Positions 50,231-56,468 of a stretch of 56,468 bases of DNA are shown in pieces. Under the pieces are notes generated by a model. The model was not told the DNA's origin, searched no databases, and was given only the letters and a program-made list of their open reading frames with translations. The stretch covers positions 1 through 56,468 of the forward strand of contig KZ538654.1 of assembly GCA_000934665.2 (NCBI GenBank). Direction: 5' to 3'. The DNA comes from Catajapyx aquilonaris. Taxonomy: Eukaryota. The translations under genes and the position numbers were made by a program. The number at the start of each line of letters is the position of its first letter. Position 1 is the first letter of the stretch.

Positions 50231-50896
50231 CTGAGCTTCTCGTCTGCTCGTCCCCGTTTCAAGCGCATTTTATCACCTACCGTCAATATCTGATTAGATA
50301 TTTTGTAATGTTCCTCTAAACAAATAATATTGTCTCACTCAGCTGATACACCTGTGGTTCACTCGGTATAAGTAAGCCCAAGCGTAGTTTGCCAATTGTT
50401 CTGGTTTTTTCCAGCCCTGTTGGAAAACCCAGACAGCCATGCAAACTTCGGATGATTACGTGTGAAAAAAAAGTGACACCAATCACGATCAGTGTTTTAC
50501 CTGGTAAAAAATGCATTATATGAAAAGAGCCTGTCAATCTTCACCTTAAAATTGGGTTCTACATGCAATGTGCTGTTTCATTATTGTTTTCTATCAAATA
50601 ATAATTTATCAGTGCACGTTACCTAGCATATCTACAATTGCTTTAATTGTTACTTATTATATCATGTTGACATTTGATATGCGTGTTTTTATCAAAGAGT
50701 TCTGCTATAATAGACTCGCGAAGTTGTAGCTTCATGTCTCTCCTGCGACAAATTCATGTTCATGCGTTCTCCCCCCACAGCCAAGCCACATCCCACCATG
50801 TGCAGAGTTTGTAAGGCCTCCCCCCNNNNNNNNNNNNNNNNNNNNNNNNNNNNNNNNNNNNNNNNNNNNNNNNNNNNNNNNNNNNNNNNNNNNNNN

Positions 50897-53053
50897 CACG
50901 TCGAAAAAGGGGCTTGACCTTGAAGGGACGCACTCAATTCGGAGCCTGAAGGAAGCCATTGCATCACGCTTCAGCCTCAACATCGCAGCACCTGACATCA
51001 TCCTCCAATCATGGCACAAGGGCTTCGGAGATTGGATTGATGTCGAACTGGGTGAGGAAGATGACATTCCAGCAGATGTCGGAAAGTTAAATATCATCGT
51101 GAAGTAAGTGAATGCTCGACTGTGGACACAGGATTTTTTATTTCTTGACAATATTTCTGTCATAAATTATAGGACAGTTGATGTGGGGGACACAAATGAG
51201 GCTGATTTGAGGGACATCATCACCCTACCCGAGGCATCACTTCGACTACCAATACTGAAAGCGACTGGAGCAGTTGATTGGTGATAAGTTGACGAAGTAA
51301 GCCAATACATGTCACTGTTAAAATACTATAGTTATAGATCTTGTCCATATGTGCCATCAAATTCATACATATGTCTATATTTGAAATGTTGTACCTTTCA
51401 GAGATGATTTCCCCAGGATTTATGGGCTGCCGCAATTTCCAGACTGGCTGCAAGACCTGCTCGATAAGAGACACCCTGACAGCAGGAATGGGAAGTGCCG
51501 TCTCAAAATTATTCAGACGTTGTTCGATGACTTGGTCAGATACGACATGAGCATTAAGGCTTCAACACTGCATGCTCAGAAACTGCTCTGTATGCGCTTT
51601 TCCAGCTGTAGTGACCACCCCTTCAGTTTCTATTATTTCCATGTATGCCATAGATTGCTGGCACAATAATTATATTGCTAAAATAATTTCAGTGAACGAC
51701 ATTATACAGTATAAGCAAACTAAATACATATGCTATTACTGACCTCTTCCATAGCTACCTATCTGCAAGAATGTACGAACAGGCAAGTGAAAAGCTTGTA
51801 GACAGGTACCCACATTTGAAAGGGAAACCATTCCTAAATGCAAAACCACATGTAAGTTCTATTTTGAATCATGCACTGTTGGTCATTAGATCCTTTGCAC
51901 TTGAGTGTCATACCATGAAACTATTATAGGCACTGTGGCGCAAGAGCCTACAAGACAAATTCAAAAAATTTCGAAGCCGCCAACCGCCATTGCCAGCTGG
52001 TTGCGAATGAGGAGATGGAGGTGATGAGACAGAAGTATGGGGGGAAGAAGACGAAGGAGGCTTTGCCGGATAACGAGCCACTTGTTCTAGATGCTCGTTA
52101 TCAGGCACCTGAAGAAGTGAGACATTTGTTTCTACTTTTATACATGCATGCAGTGCATATTTCAGTTGTTACTGCTTGGCAATTTCTGATCATAATTCAT
52201 TTTAGGATGCAATTCAGGCTGAAGATGCCAGCACCCTGGCACATCATGAGAAGGTGAGAACAGTGCCAATCTCGAGTGCCTGACATGAAGATTGTCAAAG
52301 ACAAAATGGCCAGGACACGCTTCTCCAGGACCCAGTTCATGCGGGAAAACTCGGTAAAAGATGTACTGCAGAAGTACCCGGCGCTGAAGATGGAGGAACA
52401 GGTATGAACTATTTTATAATGTCATCAGTCGTTTGTATTATGCCTTTCTTCCTAAGATGTATATCGCTAAACCCCTGATTTCTCATGCAATATATTCTAG
52501 CTGCTAGAAGAAGCCGGGATCTACGGGATCACACCCTCAAGACTCATTGATTTTCTGCGACGGCATGGGGCTGGATTGGCATCAAGTGCCAAGTTGAAGT
52601 TACGGTCACATCCCCTAAAGCAAGCATATGAAGTGACCGTAGCAACAGGTGGTATAGTTTGTTTTATCCATTGATTATTATCACTTAGTCATTTTCCAAC
52701 ATTTCAGAAAATGAGGCGCTCTTCAACTTGATGATCCCTCTCTGTTTGAATGAAAAAGTACTGGCGACTATGCAGCCCACATCGCCTTATCCGGCCTTGA
52801 CAGTTTCCACTCACACCACCATCTTTGACATGGACAGCATATACACACTCTACTTAGATTGGGTGGAAATTATCTGCACGTGAAGAATGGGATTACGGCT
52901 ATAATCCTCTGGTTTTCATTATACTGGGTATTTGGGATCTCCTACAACCAGAGTACCAAGAAAACATTGATTTTCTTTGACACTTGCGTGTTTTAAAAAA
53001 ATTCTGTGAAGAATGTGCCCAAGAGCGTTATGACGCTTTTTAATAAAGTATAA
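50897..53053 (+). pseudogene. Decayed spliced SAMD3-like (EnSpm/CMC transposon accessory) gene
   Basis: Peptide fragments in order: LQSWHKGFGDWIDVE (PB1-like), YGLPQFP, KLVDRYPHLK, WRKSLQDKFKKFR, MARTRFSRTQF...VKDVLQKYPALK and FSLYWVFGISY...KTLIFL. These resemble SAMD3-like transposon proteins. Internal stops and frameshifts are present. Confidence 0.7.
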
Positions 53054-53355
53054 GTTGGTCCGAGAAACACATTTTTCCACTTCAAATCTTCAATCAAATG
53101 TAATTTTCATAAACTTTGTTTTCCAGCGACTTGTTTTAGACATTACATTACATGGTATATATTCCACATAATTAAAGTGCGGAAACCAAACGACGATCTA
53201 CGAAATAGGTTGAAAATTACGAATTGCAAATCCAAAATACGTACCGTATGCATTTTTCTGCTATGTTTTATGAAGGGTTACATTCTTTAAAAGCATTTTC
53301 CTCCAAATTAGTCATTCCTAAACCAGTCTTTTTTAAATTGAACAATCATTTATGA

Positions 53356-53475
53356 GGGAACCAAAAGGAACCCTTGGGTGACAACTGCCACCCTTATCAT
53401 TGTGCAGAAGGGAACCAAAAGGAACCCTTGGGTGACAACTGGCACCCTTGCCCAAGTTCAACAAGGGGTGCCAAA
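53356..53475. repeat. 54-bp subterminal tandem repeat (~2.2 copies)
   Basis: GGGAACCAAAAGGAACCCTTGGGTGACAACTG(C/G)CACCCTT occurs at 53356 and 53410. Confidence 0.85.
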
Positions 53476-53727
53476 AGGCACCAATGTCGTGCCTTTTGTC
53501 ACCTTCCTCATAGGGTGCCAATTGTCACCCCCAAAAAAGGGTGACAATCGGCTCCATTAAGGGTGCTGCTGGTGGGACATGGGTTGGCACCCTTAAATGG
53601 TGCCATTTGGCTCCATCCTTTTTAACAGTGATGCGCCCCCTTAAAACTGGCCTTATGGGCCATTGTGTAGTATAGGCTAATTGCAAACAGTAAGCCACAG
53701 TTTGTCATTTATTTAGGTTTATAGGGA

Positions 53728-54838
53728 ACTAGCAGGATACCCGGCGTTGCTCGGTTATGAAATACTTTTCCATGTAGGTGTAAGTCATTGATTTGGTAGT
53801 AACCTTTGAAATAATTATGGCTATACAATGTTGGCATACCTGTAACATGGAGCATATTGCACATGCATGAAGTCCAAACACCACAAACGTTACAAAGTTT
53901 TAAAAAAACAAATGCAAAAAGATTGAAAACTACATGACACAGTACCTACGTAGACCACATTATGCCACACCTTATACCTTTATACCACTACCACACCTTA
54001 AACACGTTAAACCGCATCCCATAACGACTTTTGAATATACATTGAGAATGTGGAGGTCCAAATTTTACGAAGGGGGGAAAACAAATAAAAGCAAAACGAT
54101 GGAAAACTACATGACGCAGAACGTAACACAGTTCGGAAGAAGAGAATTCCGGCAAAAAGCACATGACACAGTACGTAGAGGAAAAGGTATGGCAGAAAAA
54201 ATACGCCAAGACAATTCCGACAGGCTGCCTGAGCAAACAATAAACCACAACCGCCATTAGTCTACTATTCTTACACACAGCGCATTTGTAACACCCGCTC
54301 GAACCCTGGGCCTGCCCCGAGGCCGTAGGTGGACCGTGCCACCGTGTCTAGGATAAAAATGGAATAAGATACCAGTATAGCAAGATATGGAACTTATGAA
54401 CAAAACGTGATGATTACCTATAATATTACACCAGTGACATTCTCGTAACCAAGGTAGCAGTGTGTAAGGACTTGAAAATGGAACAACGCATGCAACCAAT
54501 GTGAGTACAAAACACTGACCAAAGTACAGCCAACACGTAGAAATGTAATGACACTGCTGATGCGCTGGAGGAGGTGACAGGNGGGGGGGAGGAGAGGAGG
54601 GAAGGAATATGGTTTCCAGGGCAACTGAACAGCATTATTAGAACACAGGGGGCCAACATCCAAAGTTCTTTTCGCCTCCTGTGGCCAAGGATGACCTCGG
54701 AGGTAAATTCCAATGTGCTTATCACATTCCCGGTAAAAAACTACCCCTAGTGATACCCCTGGGTCATATGTCGGGGCCTCCGTATGGATTTGCATAGCGG
54801 ACAAAAGACATACGTCGAGAAATATGTATTAGATAGAT
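53728..54838 (+). mobile_element. Helitron-like (Lep1/HINE-type) non-autonomous element
   Basis: Begins ACTAGCAGGATACCCGGCGTTGCTCGG and ends ...GACAAAAGACATAC...TATTAGATAGAT, resembling recalled termini of arthropod non-autonomous Helitrons. No Rep/Hel ORF is present. Confidence 0.45.
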
Positions 54839-55209
54839 CTAAATGTAAGCGGACCACCCTGTATATGTTACACTTTGTAAATCATTATAGCGAAATTACA
54901 TCCCTGAAAGGATCTTCACAAGTCCACAAGGACAGGTCTGTTAAATAACATTTAAGACATCTTATCTTGAATGAAATGTGTGCAGATTAATTGGGTGCCA
55001 GTATTGCCTCCCTCGCTGTGACCAATTCTGTAAAGTTTTGTAGGCCCACTGTTAGGCCCCATTTGTGATATGGAAGATAGTGTTGTAGTTTGTGCTTCAT
55101 ATTTGCAAGGTCACACATACTCTCTCTTGGCACTGATTTTCTTTTTTTTTAGGTCTCTCCTGTCATCAAAAAGGACATTTCTTCGCCATATATTACACTG
55201 TCCAAGGGG

Positions 55210-55340
55210 CAGTGGCGTCGCTAGTGTTGTTGTCACCCGGTGCGGCAACTCGTGGTGTCACCCGCTCCCCTCCACCCCCCTGTCCCAATTAGGGCCAGGA
55301 CTCTCTCCCGTGCCCGACCGTACAGAATACTTGGTTATTT
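55210..55340 (+). mobile_element. hAT-like element end fragment
   Basis: CAGTGGCGTCGCTAG terminus followed by repeated GTGTCACCC/TGTCACCC motifs. The partner TIR is not seen. Confidence 0.4.
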
Positions 55341-55434
55341 TTTAGTACTAATAATGAAGCTCTCATGTATATCATTGATTGCCATGTGAATAGTTATGTG
55401 AATAGTGTCATGAAAAGAACAAAATTTAAAGGTG

Positions 55435-55560
55435 TAAGAGGTGTGATCGAAAAGTTCCCGGACTGTGTTCATGAAAACATTAACATTTCCCCCTTCAAAG
55501 TAGTCACCTTGGGCACGTATACAACAATTCCAGCGAATTTCCCATTTTTGGAAGCACCTA
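55435..55560 (-). mobile_element. Mariner transposon 3' end remnant
   Basis: The minus strand encodes RCFQKWEIRWNCCIRAQGDYFEGGN, typical of a mariner transposase C-terminus. It is followed by the TIR-like TA-AGAGGTGTGATCGAAAAGTTCCCGGACTG. Confidence 0.75.
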
Positions 55561-55732
55561 AAAAATTGGGCAACAGTAATAATAATTAATACTCGAATTA
55601 ATAATAATTCATACCCCGTTATCAGCCGGCGGCTCTTTAGGGGGGAAATTTTTGTTTTGACTGGAACTCTTTGCTTTCATTTTATTTGCTTTTTGGGATA
55701 GGATAGGGACGGAAGGAAGCGGCTGTGGCCTG

Positions 55733-55870
55733 TTTTTTATACCACAGGAATTTTCCTAGCATGGATATTTTTATACCACGTGAATTTTCATACCACGTGA
55801 ATTGTTATGCCACGGATATTTTTATGCCACGTGAATTTTTATAACAGGGAAATTTTTATACCACAATTTT
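55733..55870. repeat. ~18-bp minisatellite (TTTTTATACCACGTGAA-like, ~7 copies)
   Basis: Directly visible tandem degenerate units. Confidence 0.8.
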
Positions 55871-56104
55871 TTTTAAATAACACATGAAAAGAAATCATAA
55901 CGGATTTTTTTTTTGTTTTTGGCACACGAATATTTTTTAAGAATATACTGAAACACAAATTATCACATTCTTTTACTTATTAACACACTAACTAATAAGG
56001 CTAAAAAATGTAACCTAAATCAAACATTTTATGGTGATCGTTGAATTTTGTGGCGCCCTTTCTTTACAATAAGTACATGCTGGAGAGAGTGTCAGTATGG
56101 AAGT

Positions 56105-56170
56105 AGCGCAGTGGTCTAGTGGTTAAGACTCTCTCTTCGTAACCTGAAGGTTGAAGGATCGAATCCTGAA
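56105..56170 (+). mobile_element. tRNA-derived (SINE-head-like) module 1
   Basis: A box GTGGTCTAGTGG and B box GGATCGAATCC with tRNA-like spacing. The anticodon loop is TTCGTAA-like, but the stems are broken. Confidence 0.6.
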
Positions 56171-56292
56171 AGGAAGACGTCGTTTCTTTTTATCGCTATG
56201 GACCTTTCTCGCTGTTACTTCATCACTCATTTCACATTTATTTCTCTTTGAAGTGCATCTGGTAAATAGGCCAACACTCACACTCTCGTTGC

Positions 56293-56360
56293 AGCATGCG
56301 TGGCTGTGTGGTAACGCATCCGACTCTCAATCGGGAGATGTGGGTTCAAATCCCGTGTCT
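56293..56360 (+). mobile_element. tRNA-derived (SINE-head-like / tRNA pseudogene) module 2
   Basis: A box TGGCTGTGTGG, anticodon arm TCCGA-CTCTCAA-TCGGG (anticodon CTC) and B box GGTTCAAATCC. The acceptor stem does not pair. Confidence 0.6.
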
Positions 56361-56468
56361 CTTTGGTTGAGAGTCAGAAAAAATTTTTTGCAGCCGACAT
56401 CTCTGGCCAAGATGGCGACTGTTCCTTCGCAGTTTCCCCAACACTTCTTCAGAGGTGTCGGAGGAGCA

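Larger units (their letters stand above)
50897..53630 (+). mobile_element. Right part of an EnSpm/CMC-like DNA transposon
   Basis: The element ends in ...CCTTTTTAACAGTG (reverse complement CACTGTTAAAAAGG, a CACTG-type terminus). This is preceded by dense subterminal GGGTGACA/GGCACCC/GGGTGCCA repeats, and the element carries the SAMD3-like gene. The left end is not seen (N gap at 50826-50896). Confidence 0.6.

Noticed and set aside
51313..51323. CACTGTTAAAA matching the EnSpm-like right terminus
   Set aside because: It is only 11 bp, lies inside the SAMD3-like gene and lacks subterminal repeats, so it is likely chance.
56293..56360. Functional tRNA-Glu(CTC) or UCA suppressor/Sec tRNA
   Set aside because: The acceptor stem does not pair. 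The 7-nt loop CTCTCAA centres on CTC, not TCA.

Overview
Eukaryotic (animal, most likely arthropod) genomic DNA with GT-AG introns and three N gaps (265-327, 604-629, 50826-50896). Most short six-frame ORFs are noise. About 1-25.9 kb is a very large non-coding region, probably a 5' intron of the gene that follows. It holds motif clusters (CRE palindromes, CTCF-like sites) and small MITE-like repeats. 25.9-40.4 kb (+) holds 11 phase-consistent coding exons (4680 nt, about 1559 aa, N-terminus not found) of an AUTS2/FBRSL1/fibrosin (Drosophila tay-like) family gene. 41.9-43.9 kb (+) contains a candidate spliced orphan gene that I cannot assign to a family. 43.9-50.2 kb (-) is a tandem SLC22 transporter cluster: two intact 8-exon genes with a decayed third copy between them. 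50.9-56.4 kb is a transposon graveyard: a decayed SAMD3-like gene within an EnSpm/CMC-like element end, a Helitron-like non-autonomous element, hAT and mariner fragments, and two tRNA-derived modules. I found no CRISPR array or prokaryotic system and no clearly new biological system. The best candidates for novelty are the orphan gene, the apparently deeply conserved 30-nt AUTS2 microexon, and the CRE and CTCF motif clusters.
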